In this document: positions 1 through 12,363 of the stretch, piece by piece
Numbering within the stretch: the first letter of the stretch is position 1
Layout: every line of letters begins with the position of its first letter
From: Octopus vulgaris
Taxonomy: Eukaryota
DNA: 64,000 bases
Reading direction: 5' to 3'
NCBI GenBank assembly: GCA_951406725.2
Contig: OX597839.1
Span: forward strand, 12,834,001-12,898,000
The notes under the pieces: model-generated
The model's input: only the letters and a program-made list of their open reading frames with translations
The model's database searches: none
Told to the model about the DNA's origin: nothing
Position numbers and translations under genes: made by a program

Positions 1-1470
1 AGGTACAATAAGCACTAAAAATATGCAGACAATAGACTCCCTCAAATGTTTGGGTGGATCATTAGAAGTAGTAGTATATGCATAACAGAGTGTAAATGAT
101 TTAAGGGGAAAACTGGGTATAAGAGGCATCATATGTTGTGTGCAAGAGAGAAGACTGTGCTGATTTGGTCATGTGATGCCTATGGATTAGGATAGCTGCA
201 TAAAGAAGTGCTGAGCTCTAAATGTGGAGGAACATATGGAAGGAGTAGACCCAGGGAGACATGGAATGATGTGGTGAGAAAAAATGGTGAAGATGATATA
301 TATTTAATACACACAATGTATGTTTTTATGTGCTACTATTAGTTTCACATGCTGAGGATTTGCCAGTCAGTGTTTTATAACATGTCTGGTGTCCTAACAC
401 AATCATCAGACAGTGCCAACATGGCATAAGTGTCTGATGACTGTGCTGGGACACTGGATGTGTTATAAAACACTGATTGGCATGTTCTCAGTACATGAAA
501 CTAATAGTAGCACACAGAAACATATATTATGTTTTTAGTAAATATTATTTATCTCTCCCTGGATGGAGTACTTTTTTTGTTGATCTTACCATTCTGAAAC
601 AGTACAGTATATGTGGTCAGTTGAGGATGGGGGACAAGAGAGAGATGTATGGAATTGGGAGCAGATGATAAGTGAGCATGGCATCAGCAACACTTACATT
701 ATTTGGAAAATGCAATGGAAAGAGTACAGTGAAATTGTCATGGAGAGTGGAATGTCCAGCATTTAAGATAGAGTGTGAAATTTGATGGCGATTTGACTGT
801 TATTTCTAAACAAAAAAGTAAATATGAAACATTTCAATATAAATTCTTAAGAATCATGGAAATATTTTTGCAGAGTCTAATACAAAACTGACTGAGAATC
901 AACTCAACAAAATATCCAAATACTTAGGGAATAAATGGAAGCGTGTTGGTAAGTATAAAATATACATTGCTTTAGATGTTTTGCTTCTATCATATCTTTA
1001 TTTTTTACTTGCTTCAGCCATTATGTTGTTGCCATGCTGGAGCAGCACATCGAAAAATTTTTAGTCGGATGAATCCAATACTTTCTTTTCTTTTTTTTTT
1101 CTTTAAGCCCGGTGCTTATTCTATCAGTCACTTTTGCTGAACTGCTAAGTTACAGAGATGCAAACACACCAACCCTGGATGACAAGCAGTGGTGGAAACA
1201 TGCACACACACGTGTGACAGGCTTCTTTCAGTTTCCATCTACCAAATCCACTCACAAGGTTTTGGTTGGGCTGGGGCTATAGTAGAAGACACTTGGCCAA
1301 GGTCCCATGCAGTGGGAATGAACCTGGAATCATGCAGTTGGGAAACAAATCTTCTTGCCACCCAGCCACCCCTACGCCTATCTAACTACAAAATAATGTT
1401 TAGTGAGTGATACGATACTTAATGTGATGAAGAAAAAATTTCAGTTAAAGTTGTTCTTGCTAGGAGGAGA
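1..1470 (+). repeat. Segmental duplication, near-identical to 55744-57212 (period ~55.7 kb)
   Basis: Direct read-through identity, including the RTE end, exon 4 and a SINE. Confidence 0.95.
874..948 (+). CDS. IMD-like gene copy B', exon 4 (N-terminal part of death domain; upstream exons lie left of the window)
   Basis: tttttgcag|AG...GTTG|gtaagt; 75-nt phase 1/1 exon encoding SNTKLTENQLNKISKYLGNKWKRV(G); matches the death-domain helix 1-2 pattern L..I...LG..WK..GR.L. Confidence 0.85.
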
Positions 1471-1584
1471 AGAAAAGAATCTTCACCCTTTTGCTACCAT
1501 ACTTTTGTTGGAACACTTCTTTTGTTGTAATTAATGTTGAAAATAATGAATTTATGAATATAACTGTTTTGAGATTAAGCTAGT

Positions 1585-1960
1585 CATCATCATCATCATC
1601 ATTTAACGTCTGCTTTCCATGCTAGCATGGGTTGGACGATTTGACTGAGCGCTGGTGAACCAGATGGCTCTACCAGGCTCCAATCTTGATCTGGCAGAGT
1701 TTCTACAGCTGGATGCCCTTCCTAACGCCAACCACTCCGAGAGTGTAGTATGTGCTTTTATGTGCCACCGGCACGGGGGCCAGTCAGGCGGTACTGGCAA
1801 CGACCTCGCACGAATCTTTTTACACATGCCACCGGCTCAGGTGCCAGTAAGGTGACGCTGGTAACGATTACACTCGAATGGTGCCTTTTATGTGCCACTG
1901 GCACTGAAGCCGGTTAGCTACTCTGTCAGCGATCACACTCGTATGGTGCTCTTTGCCAGT
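1585..1960 (-). mobile_element. RTE-tail-sharing short retroposon with (CAT)n end; other copies ~3920-4160, 10330-10560, 23804-24063(+), 31948-32325, 34280-34520, 62597-62855(+)
   Basis: catcatcatttaacgtctgctttccatgctagcatgggttggacg...; same 3' end as the RTE at 9790-10035. Confidence 0.8.
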
Positions 1961-2217
1961 CATTGAACTTGATTTTGATTTTGATTTAAATTAACATAAA
2001 ATTTGGATTCAAGATTTTAATTTAAATCACTTTAAAAACAAGAAATTTGTATCATAGAACCAAAGTCAGTAATAAAAATTTAGTGTTAACAGTTGACAAC
2101 TGTTTCAGGCCACCATTTTTCCCTATCGTAAATTTTTTCATTATGTATCCCTTTTAATTTATAAATCATTTACTATTATTATTGTTGTTGTCAATGATAT
2201 AATATTTTTATTTTCAG

Positions 2218-2423
2218 GTCGAAATTTAGACATTCAAGATGTTTTCCTGGGTAATATTCAATCTGACAACCCAGGGAATACTGTAGAACAGTGTTTTCAA
2301 ATGTTGAACAAATGGTCGGAAATATCTGAGCCAGGGATGTGTACAACAGGCAAATTAGCTAAGGCTCTCATTGATGCTGAGTGTTATGGTGTGATTCCAT
2401 ATTTACCATTAGATGAGGAGTGA
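2218..2423 (+). CDS. IMD-like gene copy B', terminal exon 5 (rest of death domain + stop)
   Basis: Polypyrimidine tract ttttattttcag|; in frame with exon 4: (G)RNLDIQDVFLGNIQSDNPGNTVEQCFQMLNKWSEISEPGMCTTGKLAKALIDAECYGVIPYLPLDEE*; death-domain hallmarks EQ.FQML.KW and T.GKL..AL. Confidence 0.85.
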
Positions 2424-3127
2424 TTAGCAGAAAAAAATTTATCCACCATGGTATATGTTTTGAATAAGAAGAGCATTATTATATCATGTAATTTCTAAAT
2501 ATCTATTGATATGACATATATTGAAGTACCAAAATATTTTAAGAAGAGCATTATTATATCATGTAATTTCTAAATATCTATTGATATGACATATATTGAA
2601 GTACCAAAATATTTTAAGTGGTTTGGGCCTGCATCTATGGGTCTTAATCCTCTCTACATACATATGTTATTCAAAATATGAACAATAATAAACCATAAAA
2701 TAAATTTTTATTTTTCAAGATGAAACAAAATTAACAATAAGATGGAAATTGTTTGTTTTTGTATACTTCTATTTTCTTTATTTTGGAAAAGTTTTCTCCT
2801 ACTTTTTTTAATTGCAAAGTCTTTGATCATATCCCTAAAATTAATTTTATGTAACACGTCTGCTTCTCTAATAAATAAGGTATCCTCAATATTATTTTAC
2901 CAAGTTTAAAATGATTTCTTTTTTGCCATAAACCATTTACCAATTCTCTGATTCCCTGCTTCCCTTGATGCCCTAAGCATGTATTTATTTTGTATAATGA
3001 TTAATCCAGTGTTGTATGTAGGTATTCAGGATGTTCATCAGTTTTTAGCTGAAAACTTTACTGTTTTAAGGTGGTCTAAATAAAAATCCCCTATAACATT
3101 TCCATGTTAATTTATATTCTAAACAAA

Positions 3128-3578
3128 AGGTGGCGAGCTGGTAGAAACATTAGCATGCCAGGTGAAATGCTTAGCAGTATTTCGTCTGTCTCTAAGTTCT
3201 GAGTTCAAATTCCGCCAAGGTTGATTTTTGCCTTTCATCCTTTCGGGGTCGATAAATTAAGTACCAGTTGCATATTGGAGTCAATCTAATCGACCAGCCT
3301 CTTTCCAAAGATTTTGGGCCTTGTGCCTAGAGTAGAAAAGAATTTATTTTCTAAACTTGCTTAATAATGGTTTCAAATTTTAGCTCAAGGTCAATGAGTC
3401 AGTGGGAGGGAGTAAGTCAATTACATCAACCCCAGTGCTCAACTAGCACTTTATTGACCCCAAAAGGATGAAAGGTAAAGCTGACCTCAGCAGGTTTTGA
3501 ACTCAGTATGTAAAGAGAGATGAAATGCCACTAAGCGTTTTGTCTGGCATGCTAACAATTCTGCTAGCTTGCCATCTT
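3128..3578. mobile_element. Two copies of a second tRNA-derived SINE family in inverted (tail-to-tail) orientation; duplicated at ~33493-33942
   Basis: ggcgagctggtagaa...gttcaaattcc...gcctttcatcctttcggggtcgataaattaagtacc (3128-3345,+) and its reverse complement (3367-3578,-). Confidence 0.8.
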
Positions 3579-4234
3579 GCACTTGCTTATTAATGACGAA
3601 ATATATCTTAATAGATTCTTTGTTATTTTCAACATAAATTAAAGCAAAAACATTGTATTTCAACAGTATTATGGTAACAGAAGGGTTAATACATAAATTC
3701 GTCAGTCATTTAATTGTGAGAGGACAGACTACTTCTGCCCGAAATTCATTCAACTCGCAGAGCCAGAATCATCATCATCATCATCATCAATATCATCATC
3801 ATCTTCATCACCACCACCACCGTCACCGCCGCCACCACCACCACCACCACCATTATTATCATCATCATCATCACCATCATCACCATCATCACTATTATCA
3901 CCACCACCACCATTATTATCATCATCATCATCGTTTAACGTCCGTTTTCCACGCTTGCATGGGTTGGACGGTTCGACCGTGGTCCGGGAAGCCAGGAGGC
4001 TGCACCAGGCTCCGGTCTGATCTGGCAGTGTTTCTACAGCTGGATGCCCTTCCTAACGCCAACCACTTTGTGAGTGTAGTGGGTGCTTTTTACGTGCCAC
4101 CAGCACATGAGCCAGAGGTGGCTGGCAAACGGCCATGATCGATTGGTGTTTTTTACATGTCATACTTTTACTAATTACAGGGTGACAGCAATAAGCAGTG
4201 GCGTGTATAAATAGAAGGTTATTAGTATATGATT

Positions 4235-6145
4235 TAATAGAGTAATCCTATGCCTGTTGAGTGGATTGGAGGGTTAATGTGAAAGGAAGTATATGACTTA
4301 ATAGAGTAATCCTATTGACTCATATGGCCAGTTTCCAGGTTTCTCTGACCTATATATATTTTCTCCTGGATGGGATGGGACGGTGGTCCATCACAGGATT
4401 TCTCATTATTGCCTGTTGAGTGGATTGGAGGGTTAATGTGAAAGGAAGTATATGACTTAATAGAGTAATCCTATTGACTCATATGGCCAGTTTCCAGGTT
4501 TCTCTGACCTATATATATTTTCTCCTGGATGGGATTGGACGGTGGTCCATCACAGGATTTCTCATTATTGCCTGTTGATTGGAATTGGAGGGTTAATGTG
4601 AAAGGAAGTATATGACTTAATAGAGTAATCCTATTGACTCATATGGCCAGTTTCCAGGTTTATCTGACCTATATATATTTTCTCCTGGATGGGATGGGAC
4701 GGTGGTCCATCACAGGATTTCTCATTATTGCCTGTTAGTGGATTGGAGGGTTAATGTGAAAGGAAGTATATGAAGAGTAATCCTATTGACTCATATGGCC
4801 AGTTTCCAGGTTTCTCTGACCTATATATATTTTCTCCTGGATGGGATGGGACGGTGGTGAATCACAGGATTTCTTATTATTGCCTGTTGAGTAGATTGGA
4901 GAGTTAATGTGAAAGGAAGTATATGACTTAATAGAGTAATCCTATTGACTCATATGGCCAGTTTCCAGGTTTATCTGACCTATATATATTTTCTCCTGGA
5001 TGGGATGGGACGGTGGTCCATCACGAATTTCTCATTATTGCCAGCTGAGTGGAATTGGAGGGTTAATGTGAAAGGAAGTATATGACTTAATAGAGTAATC
5101 CTATTGACTCATATGGCCAGTTTCCAGGTTTCTCTGTCCCATATATATATTTTCTCCTGGATGGGTTGGGACGGTGGTCCATCACGAATTTCTCATTATT
5201 GCCAGCTGAGTGGAATTGGAGGGTTAATGTGAAAGGAAGTATATGACTTAATAGAGTAATCCTATTGACTCATATGGCCAGTTTCCAGGTTTCTCTGACC
5301 TTTATATATTTTCTCCTGGATGGGATGGGGCGGTGGTCCATCACAGGATTTCTCATTATTGCCTGTTGAGTAGATTGGAGGGTTAATGTGAAAGGAAGTA
5401 TATGACTTAATAGAGTAATCCTATTGACTCATATGGCCAGTTTCCAGGTTTATCTGACCTATATATATTTTCTCTGGATGGGATGGGACGGTGGTCCATC
5501 ACGAATTTCTCATTATTGCCAGCTGAGTGGAATTGGAGGGTTAATCTGACCCATATATATATTTTCTCCTGGATGGGTGGGACGGTGGTCCATCACGAAT
5601 TTCTCATTATTGCCTGCTGAGTGGAATTGGAGGGTTAATGTGAAAGGAAGTATATGACTTAATAGAGTAATCCTATTGACTCATATGGCCAGTTTCCAGG
5701 TTTCTCTGTCCCATATATATATTTTCTCCTGGATGGGTTGGGACGGTGGTCCATCACGAATTTCTCATTATTGCCGCTGAGTGGAATTGGAGGGTTAATG
5801 TGAAAGGAAGTATATGACTTAATAGAGTAATCCTATTGACTCATATGGCCAGTTTCCAGGTTTCTCTGACCTTTATATATTTTCTCCTGGATGGGATGGG
5901 GCGGTGGTCCATCACAGGATTTCTCATTATTGCCTGTTGAGTAGATTGGAGGGTTAATGTGAAAGGAAGTATATGACTTAATAGAGTAATCCTATTGACT
6001 AGTATGGCCAGTTTCCAGGTTTATCTGACCTATATATATTTTCTCCTGGATGGGATGGGATGGTGGTACATCGCAGGATTTCTCATTATTGCCTGCTGAG
6101 TGGATTGGAGGGTTAATGTGAAAGGAAGTATATGACTTAATAGAG
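4235..6145 (+). repeat. ~159-bp tandem repeat, ~12 units
   Basis: Unit gcctgttgagtggattggagggttaatgtgaaaggaag...tttctcattatt recurs at 4252, 4411, 4570, 4730 etc. Confidence 0.95.
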
Positions 6146-6863
6146 CTGTTGCTGTTTAGTTATGTATTTAGGAGTGGTTGTAATTTACTTAGGGAATTTA
6201 TGATATCTGAGGGGCAGCTGATGATGGAGAGATTTTGGATTATTCCAGCAGTTGTTGGAACTGTAGAAGCAACAGCAACTGTTAGTACAACGGCTACAGA
6301 AGAAAACAGAAAATATATCAAAACGATGTGTTATAATACTATTCCACAGCCATACCAACAATCCAGGGATCGAAACCACAATCTTACAATCACGAGTCCA
6401 ACACTTTAACTACTTAGCCACATGCCTCCACACTGCATCTTATGAAGTTCTCCATGTAATATCTATGTACCTTTAGTGCCATTTTCTGTATGACGTATCT
6501 ATGTTTAAGTCATTTAGCTTATGTGCTTGTCCACATCACTTATAATCATTTCAGTATCACTAATTATTATCTTGATTCTTTCTATTTTCAGTCCCCAGAG
6601 TGGTTATTAAAAAACAAATGTTCTCCACCATGGTGTATGTTTTGAATAAGAAGAGCATTACTACATCATTTAATATCTAAATATCTGCTTATATCAGTAT
6701 TAATATCTGCTTATACCAATATTAATATGATCTTTATTTAAGCACTAAAATCTTTTAAGTGCTTAGGGCCTCTATAGGTCTTAATCCAGCCCTGTCTACA
6801 TATATATGTAGTTCAAAATATAAAGAAAAATAAACCATGAAATAAATTTTTATTTTTCAAAAT

Positions 6864-8845
6864 TGTTGTGGAAGGATCCTGAACACCTCCATGTGACAAA
6901 AAAACGGACTAACGGATTTTCAATAAATAAAGAACTGTGAGAACTATCAGAAAGTTGATAGCATTGATTGTCCATATTGGTTACTGTGTTAGTTTAATAT
7001 CATAGCTAGGTTTGGAGTAGTACGGAGTGCATTCTGTGTTAACGTAATAATTCTGTGATAGGTTATTCTAGATAACCATATCCAAGTAATTATTTGGGTA
7101 ATACTATTCTTACACACATGTCATAATATTTTTGGTGATGAGGATATTCGAACCCATGCTGGACAGGTTATTGTTTGAACATGGAAGATTTACTAGCTCT
7201 GGTAATTCAATTACAGAAACAGCAGCAATACCAGCAGTTGTTGGAATTGCAGAAGCAACAGCAACTGTTAGTACAATGGCTACAGAAGAAAACAGAAAAT
7301 ATATCAAAAGGATGTGTTATAATACTATTCCACAGTCATACCAACAATCCAATAATACTAATCCATGTATACAAAAACAGCCATACCAATAATCCAACAT
7401 ATCCCCATCATCAGCTGCCCATCAGATATCATTATGGTTTTAACACCTGGGCAGTACCATTCAATCTGGCAGTGTCAACAGCACTAAAATAAGTGTTGTT
7501 TGGGAACAAGTAAACCAAAGAAACCACAACTTTCAAACACATTTACCCAATGTACAAACATATCGATAAATACATTCCATAAGTAAATTACAACCACTCC
7601 TAATTACATAACTAAACAGCGACAGCTCTGTTAAGTCATACAAAAATTGTAATCCCAACCGTCTTCTGTAGTATAATATAAAGGTAAAAGCTTAATGACA
7701 ACTTATTTCAATCAATCAATATATAGGCAGAATGTGTAGTTCATTCTGACATGGTCGCAAACTCCATCTGAGAGTTTGTATATAACCCAGAGGAGGGTAC
7801 TACTTTTCCTTCTTACTTTAGAGGGTATGAAGAAATTTTTAAAGATGAGTGCTCTGACTAGCAAGACGATAAATCAAACCTGACTTTTGTTGAGATAGTT
7901 GGCATCAGCCAAGCATGAGAAATATTGAAATTACATATTACCAAAGAGACCAGGTAAAGTCTGTTTTGAAGAAAATGTGAATATTCTGTCTAAGATTTTC
8001 AGCGAAAAAGCTCTTTATTTAATATGCATTGGCAATGCATGAATATTACAGAAAAATAAGATGAATATTTTATTACATATACTGGAATTGTTAATAGGGA
8101 AAGAGAATGTGAGAGATTTAAAAGTAATGAGCTATATGTTTAAATATTTAATTTTCGTGAAAAGTTTAATAGCAAAGAAAATGTGGAAATTCGGAACCAA
8201 ATTCTGACTAAATTAGAGCAGAATCAGAAGCTAATATTACAAGATATATCTAAAATATCTGAGGAATGCCGATCACATATACAATTGGTGTGACCAAAGG
8301 TAAGTAATGAAAAGGAGAATATTAACCCATGTTTTAGATGTGGAGAATTACACTACAAATTTGACTGTCCTTATAAAAATTGAAAATGCTTCAAGTGTAG
8401 TAAGATAGGCCATAAAAAATCACACTGTTAAACAAAATCTAGAAAATGGTTCAACAGAAAAACATCACGTAAACTGTTTATCAGTGACAAGAAATAAAGA
8501 TGAGACTTAAAAGAAATTTATGTATGTAAAATTTAATAATACAAATGTAAAATTACAGTTAGATACAGGTAGGGACATTATTTTAATTAATGAAAATACA
8601 TGGAAAAAAAATCAGGAAACCTTTACTACAGAAAACCTCAAAGCTTGCTCATGGAGTCTTGAGGATTAAATTAATTTTTGAAGGTGAAATTATTTGCAAT
8701 GTTACATTTCATTGTAAAACTATAAAAGCAAAAGCTTATGTATTACAAAATACAAGCATTCATTTTGAAATTGACTGGTTGGAACTGTTCAACTTTTAGC
8801 ATGCCCTGCAAGCCCATAACAGCTATTTGCAATAAAGAAGAAGTT
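6864..8845 (+). mobile_element. Decayed Ty3/Gypsy (Mag-like) LTR retrotransposon 5' half: putative LTR, PBS, gag, protease; copy at 36181-38160
   Basis: TG start at 6864; PBS-like tggtgatgagga at 7133; gag FVYNPEEGTTFPSYFRGYEEIF (7775); twin CCHC knuckles CFRCGELHYKFDC / CFKCSKIGHKKSHC (8330-8428); protease LQLDTG (8562); stops and frameshifts. Confidence 0.85.
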
Positions 8846-10035
8846 TCAGGTGTGGAAGCAAGTCAGTCTAGCAAAATCTAAAGTCTTAGTAAATAGGAAG
8901 GCAGACAAATCACAATTCCCTTCAGGTAGATGGCCCTGTTTGATCTGAAGAAAAGGCATAGTTAGAAACTCCATAAGATGTACCCGATGTAAGTTATGGA
9001 CACCTAAAAGGTATAGCAATATCAAAGAAAGGTTAACGGGGAATATAGGTTTTGTGTGTGGCAGATGCACAGGAGCAATAAACACCTAAGATGTACAGAA
9101 AATAGATTCCATCACATGCCAGGGGGAAAAACTAGAAATAGTTGATAGCTTCTGTTACCTAGTTGACCAAGTCAGTAGTTGGGGTGGATGCTCTGAGAGT
9201 GTAGCTGCTACAATAAGAATAGCCTGGGCAAAGTTCAGAGAGTTCCTACATCTGCTGGTAACAAAGAGCCTCTTGCTCAGAGTGAAAGGTAGACTGTATG
9301 ATGCATGTGTGTGACCAACCATGTTATACAGGGCTGTGACTGTTGAGGACATGCACAGGCTTGAAAGAAATGAAGCTAGTATGCTCTGCTGGATGTGTAA
9401 TGTCAGTGTGCATACATGACAGAGTGTAAGCGCTCTGAGAAAAAAGTTGGACATAAAAAGCATGAGATGTGGTGTGCAAGAGAGACAACTGTGCTGGTAT
9501 GGTCATGTGTTGCATATGGATGCGGAGGGCTGCATGAAGAAGAGTCACACCCTAACTGTGGAAGAGGTAGACCCAGGAAGACATGGGATGAAGTGGTGAA
9601 GCATGACCTTTGAATGTTGGGCCTTACAGAGTCAATGACAAGTAACCGAGACTTTTGGTGATATGCTGTGCTTGAGAAGATCTGGCAAGCTTGTGAGATC
9701 ATAACCATGGCCAATGCCAGTGTTGTACAACCAGCCTGTTTAAAAGTACCCTTTATTCGTCAGGCAATATACTGTGCTTGTAAAGATTTGTTGAAAGACG
9801 TGAAATTGTTGCCGTGACAGATGCCAGTGCCTCCTGACTAGCACCCGTGCCAATGGCATGTAAAAGACATCCTCTACACTCTTTGAGTGGTTGATGTTAG
9901 GAAGGGTATCCAACTGTAGAAACCTTGCCAGAATAGAGTGGAGCCTGGTGCAGTCTCCCGGCTTGCCAGTCTTCAGTCAAACCATCCAACCCATACTAGC
10001 ATAGAAAATGGACGTTAAGCGATGATGATGATGAT
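8846..10035 (+). mobile_element. 5'-truncated RTE-clade LINE 3' end with 3' UTR and (GAT)n tail; copy at ~38162-39350
   Basis: Degenerate RIAWAKFREFL...VKGRLYDACV...WYGHVL...GRGRPRKTW; homologous to 55550-56040. Confidence 0.85.
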
Positions 10036-10749
10036 ATATATAAGCATAAACATACATATAAAGGTCTTCTTTCAGTTTCCATCTACCAAATCTACTCACA
10101 AGGATTTGGTTGGTCCTATGTTATAGTAGAAGTCTATATTAATATAAATACATACACACAAACACACACACACATATACATATATATATGTATGTATGTA
10201 TATATATGTGTGTATATATATAGATATATATGTATATGTATGTATATATATATGTGTGCATATTTATATATATGTGTGCATATTTATATATATGTGTGTG
10301 TGTATATATACACACACGCATATATATATATATCATCAACATCATTCAACATCCACTCTCCATGCTGGCACGGTTTGATTGGAGTTGATATGCTGGAGAG
10401 CTGCAAGAGGTTCCACTTTGATTTGGCATGGCGTCTAAGGCTGGATGCCCTTCTTAATGCTAACCACTCCAGGAGTTTAATTGGTACTTTTATGTGCCAC
10501 CACCACAGATGCTATTTACAGACACCAGCAACGATCACAATCACAATTCAGAGGTGCTATATACAGGTCACCAGCAACGACGGGTGCCATTCCATTTTGT
10601 TTTTTTGTAGTTTTTTGGTGGCCGAGTGTTAAAGTAAATATCAACCTTTTATATTTTTGGTATATATTTTAGCCTGTGTCCAGAAATCTGGAAAATCCAG
10701 AATTCTGGACCATTTCTGGTCACAAGATTGCTGGATATGAGGTTCAGTG

Positions 10750-11705
10750 CCTGTATATATATACGTGAGCAAATAGATATCTTTGTGAGTTTGTTGTACA
10801 TTGGTATGTCCACTGATACTGACTGTCACTCGATCATGACCTTTATCAATATATTTGCTAGTATATTTATCTGATTTTACAGATGCACATATCTCTACAT
10901 TAAAATGACCTCCTTTTTTGACTAAAAAGAAGTGAGGAATATGGTACTACTGAACGATTATCTAATTCAATATTCGACTTTGTAAATGTAAAAACCATTA
11001 TTTCGACATCGCTAAAGTGGATAGCCATTATACCTGTGTAATGTATTTTCCTGAAAGTCTTTAGGGAAATGTTCCTAACATTTCCCATCAACCATACATG
11101 TTGCATTGGATTTATCTCTCCCACATGAACCATCTAGCATGTTGTTGGTGACATGTCGAAACAGAATTGGCTGTGTTTGTGGATTGGAAGTTCTGCATAA
11201 ACGAATTTATCATAATGTTCTGGATCTTTTTTTAATACGAACAACATATGACAATGGAGTAGCACATGCTTTTGAAACTCTATAGTCCACATGTACCCTG
11301 CAACCTCTCCCACATGTACCCTACAACCTCTTCCATGTATTCTTTAATCTCTTCCACATGTACCCTACAACCTCTTCCACGTGTATTCTGTAACCTCTCC
11401 CACATGTACCCTGCAACCTCTCCCACATGTACCCTACAACCTCTTCCACGTGTATTCTGTAACATCTCCCACATGTACCCTGCAACCTCTCCCACATGCA
11501 CCCTACAACCTCTCCCACATGTACCCTGCAACCTCTCCCACATGTACCCTGCAATCACTCCAACATGTTCTCTGCAACCTCTCCCAAAACATTCTTCTCC
11601 AAAACATCATGCAAGAGTTCCCAAACTTTCATATTAAATATTCTGACAGTTAACTCTGGTCTATCTGCTAGTGTCTGTCCTGGATAAACTTCATCTGTGA
11701 TACTG
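10750..11705 (-). mobile_element. Decayed Helitron Rep (HUH endonuclease) fragment; copies at ~40075-41165 and 57313-58125
   Basis: Minus-strand peptides PGQTLADRPELTVRIF, GYMWTIEFQKHVLLHCHML (Rep motif II, cf. YTIEFQKRGLPHAH), DKFVYAELP, LDNRSVVPYS, NVEICASVKSDKYTSKYIDKGHDRV (motif III); frameshifted. Confidence 0.85.
11287..11585 (+). repeat. 23-bp minisatellite (cacatgtaccctgcaacctctcc)n, ~13 units; ~19 units at 40612-41050, ~17 units at 57616-58008
   Basis: Direct periodicity of 23 nt. Confidence 0.95.
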
Positions 11706-12337
11706 GTCGAGCGACAAAAATTCTGACACGAAATGAAAATTAAATTACGGCGATGTACTTACGTAGAAAGTAATTTGATCTGAGATCATATGCTGAAACA
11801 ATATCAGTTGCAGCGTGGAAGATGATTATCAGCCATTTAAGAAAATAAACAGGGAGAGAATGACAAAAATTTGTAGAGTTCAGCAGTCCAACATGGTGAA
11901 CATATGTATGTATGTATTTGTGTGTCTGTGTCCCCACCACCATTGCTTGTCAACAGATGTTGGTGTGTTTACATCCCTGTAACTTAGCAGTTCGGCAAAA
12001 GAGTCTGATAGAATAAGTACTAGGCTTACAAAGAATAACTCCTGGGGTTGATTTGTTCAACTGAAGGCAAGGCTCCAGCATGGCTGCAGTGAACTGACTG
12101 AAACAGGTAAATGAATAATTGTGTGCATGCATGAGAGAGAGAAACTGATGACCTAAATACAATTATGTAATTGAAATCGTCTATTGTATCAGTGACTGCC
12201 ACTACTACCCACTCCCACTCTGTCATTCACTTTTTTTCCTCACCTGCGTGAACAGCTACATATATAAGCTATATATTGTATTTCTTGTGCTGTAGCTTCT
12301 TGTTGAACGTCATTCACAGAAAATAGTTGGGACCACC

Positions 12338-12363
12338 ATGGATGAATCCAGAGAAATGCATCG
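12338..12363 (+). CDS. Paralog A exon 1 (MDESREMH + 2 nt)
   Basis: ACCACCATGG start context, donor CG|gttagt; identical in three copies (12338, 41800, 58760); phase 2 matches exon 2. Confidence 0.7.

Noticed and set aside
2466-2616. ~75-bp tandem duplication in the 3' UTR
   Set aside because: Simple local duplication shared by A and B'; no evidence of function.
3653-4138. 161-aa His-rich ORF (and copy 34017-34496)
   Set aside because: Translation of a (CAT/CAC)n microsatellite tail plus antisense retroposon; no splice or domain support.
7110-7492. Hydrophobic and Q-rich ORFs as host genes (also 6149-6409)
   Set aside because: Gag N-terminus of the decayed Gypsy element and its rearranged duplicate.
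11266-11687. YPATSPT-repeat ORFs resembling the RNA Pol II CTD
   Set aside because: 23-bp period is not a multiple of 3; antisense reading of a Helitron-derived minisatellite.
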